A DNA stretch of 63,496 nt, the filler included, from Acidimicrobiia bacterium (GTDB lineage: Bacteria; Actinomycetota; Acidimicrobiia; Spongiisociales; SHLN01): assembly GCA_041619515.1 (NCBI GenBank). It is 3 parts of 3 records of this genome, joined end to end, with 100 filler letters (N's around TTAATTAATTAA, not from the genome) between each part and the next. Parts side by side here need not be neighbours in the genome. Positions count along the whole stretch, not along the records: positions 22,284 to 44,415 come from JBFKDW010000050.1; 2 more parts are not named here. One strand, written 5' to 3'. The notes under the pieces are model-generated. The model searched no databases and was not told the origin of the DNA. It saw only the letters and a program-made list of their open reading frames with translations. A program made the translations under genes and the position numbers. Positions 31,117 through 40,100 of the stretch are shown here, piece after piece (the stretch's first letter is position 1; the number at the start of each line of letters is the position of its first letter).

Positions 31117-32301
31117 TCACCCATGCCGATCGGTGATGTCGTGCAGGAACGACGTGCCGACCGGGAACGGCTCGAGGTCGAATCCCTCGGCGATGGTGGC
31201 CGCAACGTCGCAGTACTGCTCTCGTGCCCCCAGGGCGACGCCGGCGGCACCCCCGCTCCAGACGAGCAGCGGCACGTATTCGCGGGTGTGGTCGGTGTCC
31301 CCATCGGTCGGGTCGTTGCCGTGGTCGGCGGTGAAGACGAGCAGATCGAGGGGGGTGAGGGCGTCGACGAGATGCGGCACGAACTCGTCGATGACCGCCA
31401 GCCCGGCGGCATAGCCTTCCGGGTCCTCGCGATGGCCGTAGCGCATGTCGAGGTCGACGAGGTTGGTGAACACGATCCCGTGCTCCACCTCGTTGATGGC
31501 GGCGATGGTTCGCTCGAGCCCGTTGCGATCGCCCTCGGTGTGAACAGCATCGGTGAGCCCGCGGCCTACGAACAGGTCCTCGATCTTGCCGACCCCGTAG
31601 GTCCGAAGGCCGGCGGCGTTGGCCTTGTCGAGGATGGTGTCGCCATGTGGCGGCATTGCGAAGTCCTTGCGGTCGTAGGTGCGGGTGAAGTCGCCGACTT
31701 CACCGATGAACGGGCGGGCGATGACCCGGCCGATCCGGTAGTCGTCGCAGATCTCACGCGCGATACCGCATACACGGTGCAGCTCGGGCACGTCGGCAAC
31801 GCTGTGGTGGGCGGCGATCTGGAGCACAGAGTCGGCGGATGTATACAGGATCAGCGCCCCGGTCTCGAGGTGCTCGGGGCCGAGCTCGTCGATGATGACG
31901 GTGCCGGAAGCGGCGTAGTTGCCGATGTACTTGTAGCCGGTGGCCTCTTCAAGGCGCTGCACGAGCTCGTCGGGAAAACCGGTGTCGGTGAAGGTGGCGT
32001 GGGGGTGCTCGGTGACGAGGCCGGCGATCTCCCAGTGCCCGGTAGTCGAGTCTTTGCCTCCGGATCGCTCTCGCATCCGCCCGACGGCCATGGTGGGATG
32101 TTCGACGGGAGGGACCCCGAGGATGGCGGGGTGCAGGTTCCCGAGCCCCGCCTGCTGCAAGTTCGGGAGCGAGAGGCCACCCACCGCCTCGGAGACGTGC
32201 CCGATGGTGTCTGCGCCGGCGTCTCCGTACTCGGCGGCATCGGGGGCTTCCCCCACGCCGCACGAGTCCATGACGATGATGACGGCTCTGCGGATCTCCA
32301 T
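31117..32301 (-). CDS. deoB: Phosphopentomutase
   Basis: MDSCGVG, GKDSTTGHWE, YTSADSVLQIAAH, TADHGNDPT...HTREYVP. Confidence 0.97.
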   Translation of the reverse strand: MEIRRAVIIVMDSCGVGEAPDAAEYGDAGADTIGHVSEAVGGLSLPNLQQAGLGNLHPAILGVPPVEHPTMAVGRMRERSGGKDSTTGHWEIAGLVTEHPHATFTDTGFPDELVQRLEEATGYKYIGNYAASGTVIIDELGPEHLETGALILYTSADSVLQIAAHHSVADVPELHRVCGIAREICDDYRIGRVIARPFIGEVGDFTRTYDRKDFAMPPHGDTILDKANAAGLRTYGVGKIEDLFVGRGLTDAVHTEGDRNGLERTIAAINEVEHGIVFTNLVDLDMRYGHREDPEGYAAGLAVIDEFVPHLVDALTPLDLLVFTADHGNDPTDGDTDHTREYVPLLVWSGGAAGVALGAREQYCDVAATIAEGFDLEPFPVGTSFLHDITDRHG

Positions 32302-32318
32302 CCGTTCAGCCTAGAGAA

Positions 32319-32939
32319 TCAATCGGTCCCGAAGAGTCTGTCACCCATGTCCCCCAGGCCGGGCACGATGTAGTAGTGCTCGTTGAGCCCCTCGTCCAGG
32401 CCGGCGGCGACAATGCGCACGTCGGGATGGTCGTTGTTGATCCGTTTGACTCCCTCGGGGGCAGCTACGACGCAGATGGCGGTGATGTCGGCAGCCCCGC
32501 TGCTCTTCACTTTTTCGATCGCCCACGACAGGGACCCGCCGGTGGCCAGCATCGGTTCCAGGATGAGAACCCACGAGTCGGAGAGGTCCGGGATCTTGTA
32601 GTAGTACTCCTGGGGCATGGCGGTCTCTTCGTCCCGGGCCACGCCGGCAAACCCGATACTCAGCTCGGGAAGCATGTCCTTGACCGCATCGAGCAAGCCG
32701 AGGCCGGCCCGCAGCACGGGGACGGCGACCATTTTGCGGCCGAGCTGGTAACCGGTGGTGTCGGCGAGCGGGGTGGTGACGGTTCCTTCGACGAGGGGAG
32801 TGCGGGCGGTGGCTTCGTGCAGGAGGAGGTAGCACAGGCGTCGGGTGGTGTGACGGAACACTTCCGGTGCCGTGTCCCTGTCCCTGAGGATGGTCAGGTA
32901 ATGCCTGGCGAGCGGATGCTCGACGACGGTGATGTCCAC
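32319..32939 (-). CDS. upp: Uracil phosphoribosyltransferase
   Basis: VPVLRAGLG, PMLATGGS, YIVPGLGDMGDRLFGT. Confidence 0.97.
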   Translation of the reverse strand: MDITVVEHPLARHYLTILRDRDTAPEVFRHTTRRLCYLLLHEATARTPLVEGTVTTPLADTTGYQLGRKMVAVPVLRAGLGLLDAVKDMLPELSIGFAGVARDEETAMPQEYYYKIPDLSDSWVLILEPMLATGGSLSWAIEKVKSSGAADITAICVVAAPEGVKRINNDHPDVRIVAAGLDEGLNEHYYIVPGLGDMGDRLFGTD

Positions 32940-33129
32940 TCTGATTCCCTCCTCCGGACTGTACTTGCCTGCTCTTCGCCTCGGCTCGTCGCCTCGCCGG
33001 CCGGTGCCGGGCGCGGCCGGCCCGTTCCGTCTGCGGCGGTGCTACTCCAGCGTACTCGCGCGTAGCGAGGCCTCCCGCCTGAGCGAGAGGCCTCGCCATC
33101 CCCGTACTGAACCCGGGTTCGGTGGTGTA

Positions 33130-33183
33130 TGTCCGTTTGGGGCTGTGTCGGGACACCTGTCCCGCCATCCAGGGGCGCGGACA
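33130..33183. promoter_or_regulatory. Two tandem TGTCC-N16-GGACA inverted repeats upstream of an ECF sigma gene
   Basis: 33130-33155 and 33158-33183; identical 5-bp arms and 16-bp spacers. Confidence 0.55.
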
Positions 33184-33220
33184 TATAGGGTCGAACAAGG
33201 ACTCGGCCCGGGAGGAGCCG

Positions 33221-33781
33221 GTGGGATCATCCCCGACCACCGACAGCAAGTTCCGTCGTATCTACGACGAGCACATGGAGGCAGTCACCCGCTACTGCCT
33301 GCGTCGCCTTCCGGTCGCCGATGTCAACGACGCAACCGCCGAGGTGTTTCTGGTGGCATGGAGCAAGATCGACCGCATCCCCGACGGAGCGGAGTCGCTG
33401 CCGTGGCTGTACGGCGTCGCTCGCAATGTCGTCAGGAACACGGCCCGGTCGACCCGCCGATCTGGACGGCTCACCACTCGTCTCCGGAGTCTGGCACGCT
33501 CTCAGGCACCTGATCCGTCTGCCGTGGTGGTCCGCCGCCGCCAGGACGAGGCCCTGCTCGGCGCAATGGCCAAGCTCAGCATCGACGACCAGGAGATCCT
33601 GCGGCTGCGCGCATACGAAGGTCTCACTGCTCCCGAGATAGCAATGGTGCTCGACATCTCGTCCGAGGCCGCCAAGAAACGCGTGACCCGCGCCCTCGGC
33701 CGCCTCCGGAACGCCACCGCTATTTCCCCGCCACTGGCTTCCCCGCATCCCCGTGCGATATCGAAAAGAGTTGAGCGATGA
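33221..33781 (+). CDS. ECF RNA polymerase sigma factor
   Basis: Region 2 DATAEVFLVAW...WLYGVARNV; region 4 EGLTAPEIAMVL...KKRVTRALGRL; GGAGGAG RBS before GTG. Confidence 0.92.
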   Translation: MGSSPTTDSKFRRIYDEHMEAVTRYCLRRLPVADVNDATAEVFLVAWSKIDRIPDGAESLPWLYGVARNVVRNTARSTRRSGRLTTRLRSLARSQAPDPSAVVVRRRQDEALLGAMAKLSIDDQEILRLRAYEGLTAPEIAMVLDISSEAAKKRVTRALGRLRNATAISPPLASPHPRAISKRVER

Positions 33782-34737
33782 ACGACGCCCAACTGATCGA
33801 CCGGCTTGCCCGTACCGACGACTACTCAGTCGAGGTGCCGCTGCCGGATGAGATTTGGGCGCCCGAGGTCGCTCTCCGCCAGATCGAACGGAGGACAGGA
33901 ATGCAAGTGCAGGAAGACACGACAACACGGGTGGTCGAGCCGACCAGGGACCGGCGGCGGAGGCCTCTCATCCCGGCCCTAGCCGGAGGGCTCGCCATCC
34001 TGGTGGCTGTCGCCGGTGCCTGGCTGGTGACGAGGTCTGGCAGCGATGTGGCGGCTCGCAGCCCGCTCGAAGTGGCGGAGGCTCTCGATGCCGCCATCGT
34101 CGCCGGAGACTGGGAGGCGGTGCTCGCCTTGTACGCAGAGGATGCGACCTACACCCACCTGGATGACGGGTTCGGGTTCGATGCGTTCCGTCACGGGCGC
34201 GATCCGGCGGACCACACCATCCGGACCGACATGCCGCTCATGTCCGAACGGTTTACTTCGGGTGGAGGGCTGGTGTTCGGTCAATGGTCCGAGCCGCTCA
34301 CGAACGATTATCCGCCCGTCGACTGGGATGGCGAACCCGGGATCACCGGCTTCGACAACCTGGCGACGCTGGCGATGGCCAACTATGCGGCGGGTGTCAC
34401 CGACTTCTACTCGTGTGTGCAATCCGGCACCACCACCGTGGTGTGTGAGGTGGTCATCGAGGGGCACGCTTTCTGGGAGACTCCTCCCCCGGTCGCCGAC
34501 ACCTTCACCATTGAAGATGGGCTGATCACCCACCAGAGCTACGACACGATGGTCGCCCAACCGGCTAGTGACCCGACGAGTTCTTCCCGCATCCAATACA
34601 TGCTGTGGGTGGAGGAGAACCGTCCGGAGCTTGCAGAGTCCTTGTTCTGGTCGATGGGCACTGCTCGCCAGCGCATCACGCCCGAGACCGCAGAGACGCA
34701 CCGCCAGCTCATCGCCGAGTGGGTGGCGCAGCGGTAG
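33778..34737 (+). CDS. Single-TM protein with SnoaL/NTF2-like extracytoplasmic domain; putative anti-sigma factor
   Basis: ATGA overlap with the sigma gene; TM after RRRRP; LDAAIVAGDWEAVLALYAEDAT is a SnoaL-like start. Confidence 0.6.
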   Translation: MNDAQLIDRLARTDDYSVEVPLPDEIWAPEVALRQIERRTGMQVQEDTTTRVVEPTRDRRRRPLIPALAGGLAILVAVAGAWLVTRSGSDVAARSPLEVAEALDAAIVAGDWEAVLALYAEDATYTHLDDGFGFDAFRHGRDPADHTIRTDMPLMSERFTSGGGLVFGQWSEPLTNDYPPVDWDGEPGITGFDNLATLAMANYAAGVTDFYSCVQSGTTTVVCEVVIEGHAFWETPPPVADTFTIEDGLITHQSYDTMVAQPASDPTSSSRIQYMLWVEENRPELAESLFWSMGTARQRITPETAETHRQLIAEWVAQR

Positions 34738-34819
34738 CGGTTTCGCCCCAATACCCCTGACCCTCCGGGCCGGCGGCACCTTCCCCCGGGCAGCGGCCCC
34801 AGGGGTGGACTGAGGTGGG

Positions 34820-34921
34820 TCTCTCCCCCCGGAGGGGGGAGTCCGGCGGAGCCGGGAGGGGGGCGCCCGCTACGTAGGCGCCCCCTCCGGCCCTTCGGGT
34901 CACCACCTGCGCCGGGGGAGA
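34820..34921. repeat. REP-like GC-rich palindromic element, copy 1, with inverted partner unit
   Basis: 34820-34868 matches 45055-45103 at 46/49 nt; contains CTCCCCCC-GGA-GGGGGGAG and CCGGC-GGA-GCCGG hairpins. Confidence 0.8.
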
Positions 34922-35174
34922 GATAGAAGAGAGGGGCGCCGAGAGGGAGCCCCCCTCTTCGGACGTCCCCGGTCCGATTCGATCCCCGATGCCACCGTCT
35001 CGCTGCGATCTCACAGGTTTCTCGAGCATTGAAAGAAGACCTTGAGGATTCAACCCCTGCCCAGAATGGATGGTGGAGTGATTGACCCTTCCGAGCACCA
35101 CTGCAGCTTGGTTCGCTCCGGCCGGAGAGGACAGCTTGAGAACGAGGCTTTGTTCGACATCCCCCGCCCCTCCA

Positions 35175-35400
35175 GCAGTTGCGGAGCAACTGCAAAGCTG
35201 CCTGGTGTCGCGAGGCGCCCCCCGGCAGTTGCGGAGCCACTGCAAAGCTGCCTGGTGCCGCGAGGCGCCCCCAGCAGTTGCGGAGCAACTGCAAAGCTGC
35301 CTGGTGCCGCGAGGCGCCCCCCGGCAGTTGCGGAGCAACTGCAAAGCTGCCTGGTGCCGCGAGGCGCCCCCAGCAGTTGCGGAGCAACTGCAAAGCTGCC
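35175..35400. repeat. Tandem array of about 4.6 copies of a 49/50-bp palindrome-containing unit
   Basis: Units start at 35175, 35225, 35274, 35324, 35373; each has GCAGTTGC-GGA-GCAACTGC (one mismatch in unit 2). Confidence 0.95.
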
Positions 35401-35428
35401 CGATAGGGCAGCCCTACACTTCCCCTCC

Positions 35429-36814
35429 ATGTTCGAAACCCTCACCAATCGGATGGGCGGCGTCTTCACCCGGCTGCGAGGCAAGGGCCGCCTGAGCGAG
35501 AGCGACGTCGACGAGGCGCTGCGCGAGGTGCGCCTGGCGCTGCTGGAAGCCGACGTCAACCTCGACGTCACCAAGGGCCTGCTGGCGCGCATCCGGGAGC
35601 GGGCGGTGGGCGAGGAGGTGCACGCCAGCCTCACCCCCGGCCAACAGGTCATCAAGATCGTCAACGAGGAGCTGATCGGCACGCTGGGCGCGTCGGCGGT
35701 CGAGCTCGCCCGTCCCAAGGCGCCGCCGCTGCGCGTTCTCATGGTCGGGCTGCAAGGGTCGGGGAAGACCACGTCGGCCGCCAAGCTGGCCCACCGGCTC
35801 AAAGAGGAGGGAAAGCGCCCGATGTTGGTGGCCGCCGACCTGCAGCGACCGGCCGCCATCGACCAGCTCGAGCAGCTCGGGCAGCGCATCGGCGTCCCGG
35901 TGTTCGTCGACCGCAAGGGCAAGCCCGCCCGGCTGGTGAAAGCAGCCCTGAAGGAGGCCACCCGCACCGGTTCCGACGCGCTGATCGTCGACACCGCCGG
36001 CCGGCTCCAGATCGACAAGGATCTCATGGCCGAGCTGGCCGCCGTCAAGAAGGCGGTCGACCCCGATGAGATCCTGCTGGTCGTCGATGCCATGACCGGC
36101 CAGGAGGCCGTCAACGTCGCCACCGGCTTCCTCCAACAAGTCGATTTGACCGGGGTGGTCCTCTCCAAGCTCGACGGTGATGCCCGCGGGGGAGCGGCGA
36201 TTTCGGTCCGGGAGGTCACCGGGTGCCCGATCAAGTTCGCCGGCATCGGTGAGGGCATCGGCGATTTCGAGGTGTTTCACCCCGATCGGATGGCGGGGCG
36301 CATCCTCGGCATGGGTGACGTCATGACGCTGATAGAGAAAGCGGAACGCACCTGGGACGAGCAGGCGGCCGAGGAGGCAGCCGAGAAGCTCCGCACCGCC
36401 ACCTTCAACCTCGACGATTTCCTCGCCCAGTTCCAGCAGATCAAGAAGATGGGGTCTTTGACGGATTTGATTGGTATGCTTCCCGGCGCTCCGGCTGCTC
36501 TTGGCAACGTCGAGGTCGACGACCGGGACATGGCGCGAGTCGAGGCGATCATCCGCTCGATGACACCCGAGGAACGTCAGAATCCAAGGATCATCAAGGG
36601 CGGCAGGCGTCGCCGGATTGCGGCAGGCTCCGGGACAAATGCGCAGGCTGTGAATAGGCTGCTCAAGCAGTTTGGCGAGACGCAGAAGATGATGCAGGAT
36701 TTGGCCTCGGGCACCGGGGCCCAGGCGATGCTGGCCCGGGCCGGAATGCGCCAGACCAAGAGGAAGACGAGCCCCAAGCGGGCAGGCCAGAAGAAGGCCA
36801 GAAGGAAGAGGTAA
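35429..36814 (+). CDS. ffh: Signal recognition particle protein Ffh
   Basis: [36 protein letters not shown]-domain [11 protein letters not shown]. Confidence 0.98.
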   Translation: MFETLTNRMGGVFTRLRGKGRLSESDVDEALREVRLALLEADVNLDVTKGLLARIRERAVGEEVHASLTPGQQVIKIVNEELIGTLGASAVELARPKAPPLRVLMVGLQGSGKTTSAAKLAHRLKEEGKRPMLVAADLQRPAAIDQLEQLGQRIGVPVFVDRKGKPARLVKAALKEATRTGSDALIVDTAGRLQIDKDLMAELAAVKKAVDPDEILLVVDAMTGQEAVNVATGFLQQVDLTGVVLSKLDGDARGGAAISVREVTGCPIKFAGIGEGIGDFEVFHPDRMAGRILGMGDVMTLIEKAERTWDEQAAEEAAEKLRTATFNLDDFLAQFQQIKKMGSLTDLIGMLPGAPAALGNVEVDDRDMARVEAIIRSMTPEERQNPRIIKGGRRRRIAAGSGTNAQAVNRLLKQFGETQKMMQDLASGTGAQAMLARAGMRQTKRKTSPKRAGQKKARRKR

Positions 36815-36816
36815 CG

Positions 36817-37368
36817 ATGGCGGTCAAGCTCCGCCTCATGCGGATGGGCAAGAAGAAGCACCCCACCTACCGGGTGGTGGCAGCCGATTCGCGTTCCCCC
36901 CGCGACGGCCGGTTCATCGAGCTGATCGGCCGCTACGACCCTCACCCCCATCCGTCGGTGGTCGAGATCGACAACGCCCGGGCGCTGCATTGGCTCGAGG
37001 TGGGTGCACAACCGACCGCGGCAGTCAGGAAGCTGCTGGAGATCTCGGGTGCCTGGGGACAGTTCCGGGTGAAACGGGGCGACGTGCACGTCGTGGGCGA
37101 GGTTGCAGTCCCCGAAGAACGCGATCGCAAGTCCAAGAAGGCGAGGGCGAAGGCGGCGGATGAGGCCGAAGTCGCCGCCGATGAGGTCCAAACCGCCGAA
37201 ATGGCCCCGAGTGCTGCCGAGGAGCCGGCACCGGCCGAGGCTGAAACGGAGCCGGTCGGCGCAGCTGATGAGGCCGCTGAAGCTGCGGCTGAGACCGTTG
37301 AAGAGCCGGTGGAAGAGCCGGTGGAAGAGGCCGCAGCCGCCCAAGCAGAGGAAGAGGAGGGCACCTGA
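36817..37368 (+). CDS. rpsP: 30S ribosomal protein S16 with acidic C-terminal extension
   Basis: [35 protein letters not shown]. Confidence 0.97.
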   Translation: MAVKLRLMRMGKKKHPTYRVVAADSRSPRDGRFIELIGRYDPHPHPSVVEIDNARALHWLEVGAQPTAAVRKLLEISGAWGQFRVKRGDVHVVGEVAVPEERDRKSKKARAKAADEAEVAADEVQTAEMAPSAAEEPAPAEAETEPVGAADEAAEAAAETVEEPVEEPVEEAAAAQAEEEEGT

Positions 37369-37619
37369 TGCCCAAAGGTGACATCGTCAAGAAGGTCGTC
37401 GGGTACCTCGTGGGAGAGATCGTCGACAACCCCGACCAGGTGACCGTCGACATCGTCGAAGAGGGTGACGACGAGGTCGTGGCCGAGGTTCGGTGTGCAA
37501 AACCGGACATGGGACGGGTCATCGGACGCCGGGGACGGGTTGCCCGTGCCATTCGCACCCTCGCCCAGGCCGCCGGTGAAGAAGAGGGACTGACCGCCTC
37601 GGTCGAATTCGTCGACTGA
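37368..37619 (+). CDS. khpA: KH-domain RNA-binding protein
   Basis: DMGRVIGRRGRVARAIRTL; conserved position after rpsP. Confidence 0.92.
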   Translation: MPKGDIVKKVVGYLVGEIVDNPDQVTVDIVEEGDDEVVAEVRCAKPDMGRVIGRRGRVARAIRTLAQAAGEEEGLTASVEFVD

Positions 37620-38098
37620 TGGTCCCGGTCGGGTCGTGCGGAAAAGCCCACGGCATCCGCGGCGAAGTTGCCGTGTTCACTCAGCTGCCTGAGGTGTTCC
37701 GTCCGGGCGCCGAAGTCCAGATCGACGGTGGGGGAGTGCTCACCGTCTTGTCGGCCCGCCCCCACAAGGACCATCTCATCGTGGCCTTCGATCAGATCCT
37801 CGACCGAACCGCCGCCGAAGCGCTCCGCAACATGAAACTGAGCGCCGTCACTTCTGCCCTGCCGGAACTCGATTCGGACGAGTTCTGGGTCAGCGACCTC
37901 GTCGGCCTGCAGGTCCAGGACCGGGACGGCTCCCAGCTCGGGATCGTGGCCGAGGTGATCACGGACGCCCCTCAGGATCGGATCGTCGTCGACACGGGCC
38001 ACGGACGGATCGAGGTTCCCTTCGTGCCCGAATTGGTGCCGGAAGTGTGGGACACCCACATCGTCGTCGACCCTCCCGATGGCCTGTTCGAGAGCTAG
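37619..38098 (+). CDS. rimM: Ribosome maturation factor RimM
   Basis: GKAHGIRGEV, DEFWVSDLVGL, VPFV; synteny. Confidence 0.92.
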   Translation: MVPVGSCGKAHGIRGEVAVFTQLPEVFRPGAEVQIDGGGVLTVLSARPHKDHLIVAFDQILDRTAAEALRNMKLSAVTSALPELDSDEFWVSDLVGLQVQDRDGSQLGIVAEVITDAPQDRIVVDTGHGRIEVPFVPELVPEVWDTHIVVDPPDGLFES

Positions 38099-38850
38099 CT
38101 CTCGTCTCTCCAATCCAGCCAGTCCTGCACCTGAGCCAAGTCGTAGTCGGGGCCGTTGAGGCCGAGCGTGATCTCATCGAGGTGGGCCAGCTCGGGGCCG
38201 GGCCCGCGCTTGTGCCATTCGACGCCTGCCGAGCGGCGGATGGCGGCGGGGTTGCGGCCGACTTTGGCGCACCACTCGTCGAGAACCTGATTCTTGTGGG
38301 GGTACTTCTCCGGATGCCAGAAGTAATGCCACGTGTCGGCGTGCTCGGCCACGATCCGCAGCGTCTTCTTCTCGCCGCCGCCTCCAATCATGATCGGAAG
38401 GGGGCCGACCGGCGGCGGATCGAGCTTGCCGAGGCGTTCTTTGATGAGGGGGAGGTCGCGGGCGAGGTTGTCGAGCCGCCGGCCGGCGGTCCCGAATTCG
38501 TACCCGTACTCCTGGTAGTCGCGCTCGAACCAGCCGGATCCGATACCCAGGATGGTGCGCCCTCCCGAGATATGGTCGACGGTGCGAGCCATGTCTGCCA
38601 GGAGCTGCGGGTTGCGGTACGAGTTGCAGGTAACCAGGGGGCCGAGCTGGACCCGTTCGGTGACCTCGGCCCAGGAGGCGAGCATCGTCCAGCATTCGAA
38701 ATGAGCACCGTCTGGGTCGCCGTACAGCGGGAAGAAGTGATCCCAGTTGTAGACGATGTCGACGCCCATTTCTTCGGCGTGCACCACCTGGCGCCGGATC
38801 GTGTCGTAATCGGCGTGTTGCGGGTGGAATTGGACGGCGATCTTGACCAC
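38095..38850 (-). CDS. LLM class F420-dependent oxidoreductase
   Basis: YNWDHFFPLYGDPDGAHFECWT...YRNPQLLADMARTVDHISGGR; adjacent to FO synthase genes. Confidence 0.88.
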   Translation of the reverse strand: MVKIAVQFHPQHADYDTIRRQVVHAEEMGVDIVYNWDHFFPLYGDPDGAHFECWTMLASWAEVTERVQLGPLVTCNSYRNPQLLADMARTVDHISGGRTILGIGSGWFERDYQEYGYEFGTAGRRLDNLARDLPLIKERLGKLDPPPVGPLPIMIGGGGEKKTLRIVAEHADTWHYFWHPEKYPHKNQVLDEWCAKVGRNPAAIRRSAGVEWHKRGPGPELAHLDEITLGLNGPDYDLAQVQDWLDWRDES

Positions 38851-38951
38851 GGGTGCGACCTTCCGGCTCGATTGGGACGCAAGCTAGTGCAGAGCGGAGT
38901 GCTCTTCGGATTTTCGTGCGGGACCATCCAGGCCCGGTAGCCTGGTCCTCC

Positions 38952-40100
38952 ATGACGCACCCAGCCCCTGATCCCGGCCTGGCCCTCGAGTATCTGACGG
39001 GAGCCCGCAACCCGACACCCCTCTTCGCCGAGGCGGGTCGGTTGCGCGATGCCGGCAAAGGTCGCACCGTCACCTACTCGCGCAAGGTGTTCATTCCCCT
39101 CACCACCCTATGCAACGACACGTGCACCTACTGCACGTTCGCCAAGCCCCCGGGAGCCGGAGGCGAGTACCTCGAGCCGGAGGACGTGATGATGGTCGCC
39201 CGCGCCGGCGAACGGGCCCACTGCACCGAGGCGCTGTTCACGCTCGGGGACCGGCCGGAGGACCGCTGGCCCCAGGCCCGAGAGTTCCTGGCCCGCCACG
39301 GTCACGCCACCACGCTCGAATACGTCCAGGCGATGACCGAACGGGTAGCCGCCGAGACGTCTTTGTTTCCTCATGCCAACCCCGGCCTGATGAGCGACGC
39401 GACGCTGCTGGCCCTGCGTCGATCGAACCCGTCGATGGGGCTGATGCTCGAGAACATCTCACCCCGTTTGATGGAGCCGGGCATGCCCCATCACAACTGC
39501 CCCGACAAGGAGCCGGGACTGCGAGTGGCGACCATCGAAGCGGCCGGTCGCACCAGGGTCCCGTTCACGACCGGTGTGCTCGTCGGCATCGGAGAGGAGC
39601 CGGCCGAGGTCGTCGAGAGCCTCTTCGTCCTCGCCGACCTGCACGAGACCTGGGGCAATATTCAGGAGATCATCGTCCAGAACTTCCGAGCCAAAGCGGA
39701 CACCCGGATGCGCGGCGCATCCGAGCCAACGGTCGACTACTTCGCCAGGGTGGTGGCCGTCGCCCGCTGGGTCATGGGTCCGGAGATGAACATCCAGGTG
39801 CCGCCCAACCTGACCGAGCGCTACGAGGTCTACCTCGATGCCGGGATCAACGACTGGGGGGGAGTGTCACCGCTCACGATCGACTGGGTGAATCCCGAAC
39901 AACCATGGCCCCACCTGGCGGAGCTCGCCGCTCGCACCGAGGCGGCCGGCTTCGAGCTGAAACCACGTCTGCCGGTCTATCCCGAGTACCTGAGCACCGA
40001 CTGGCTCGAACCGGCCATGTTCGCCAAGGCCTCCGCCGCCGTCGACGCCGACGGCTATGCGCTGGCACCCGCGCGCGGAGAAGTGGGAGCGCGGCCGTGA
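38952..40100 (+). CDS. cofG: FO synthase subunit CofG (radical SAM)
   Basis: TYSRKVFIPLTTLCNDTCTYC, EALFTLGDRPE, QEIIVQNFRAK, AGINDWGGVSPLT. Confidence 0.93.
   Translation: MTHPAPDPGLALEYLTGARNPTPLFAEAGRLRDAGKGRTVTYSRKVFIPLTTLCNDTCTYCTFAKPPGAGGEYLEPEDVMMVARAGERAHCTEALFTLGDRPEDRWPQAREFLARHGHATTLEYVQAMTERVAAETSLFPHANPGLMSDATLLALRRSNPSMGLMLENISPRLMEPGMPHHNCPDKEPGLRVATIEAAGRTRVPFTTGVLVGIGEEPAEVVESLFVLADLHETWGNIQEIIVQNFRAKADTRMRGASEPTVDYFARVVAVARWVMGPEMNIQVPPNLTERYEVYLDAGINDWGGVSPLTIDWVNPEQPWPHLAELAARTEAAGFELKPRLPVYPEYLSTDWLEPAMFAKASAAVDADGYALAPARGEVGARP

Noticed and set aside
35175..35400. CRISPR array
   Set aside because: The sequences between palindromes are identical apart from single substitutions, so there are no unique spacers, and no cas genes are present
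35042..35428. Repeat-encoded N-terminal extension of Ffh, and other ORFs across the array
   Set aside because: The 99-bp period keeps frames open by chance; Ffh homology and a -10 element place the start at 35429
37100..37368. Acidic tail and 12-bp EEPV repeats in S16
   Set aside because: Low-complexity S16 extensions are common in Actinobacteria
39110..40096. Frameshifted single fbiC or programmed frameshift joining cofG and cofH
   Set aside because: cofG is complete with its own stop, cofH starts in a GTGA overlap, and the extra domain makes the total longer than a simple fusion; the overlapping frame inside cofG is non-coding
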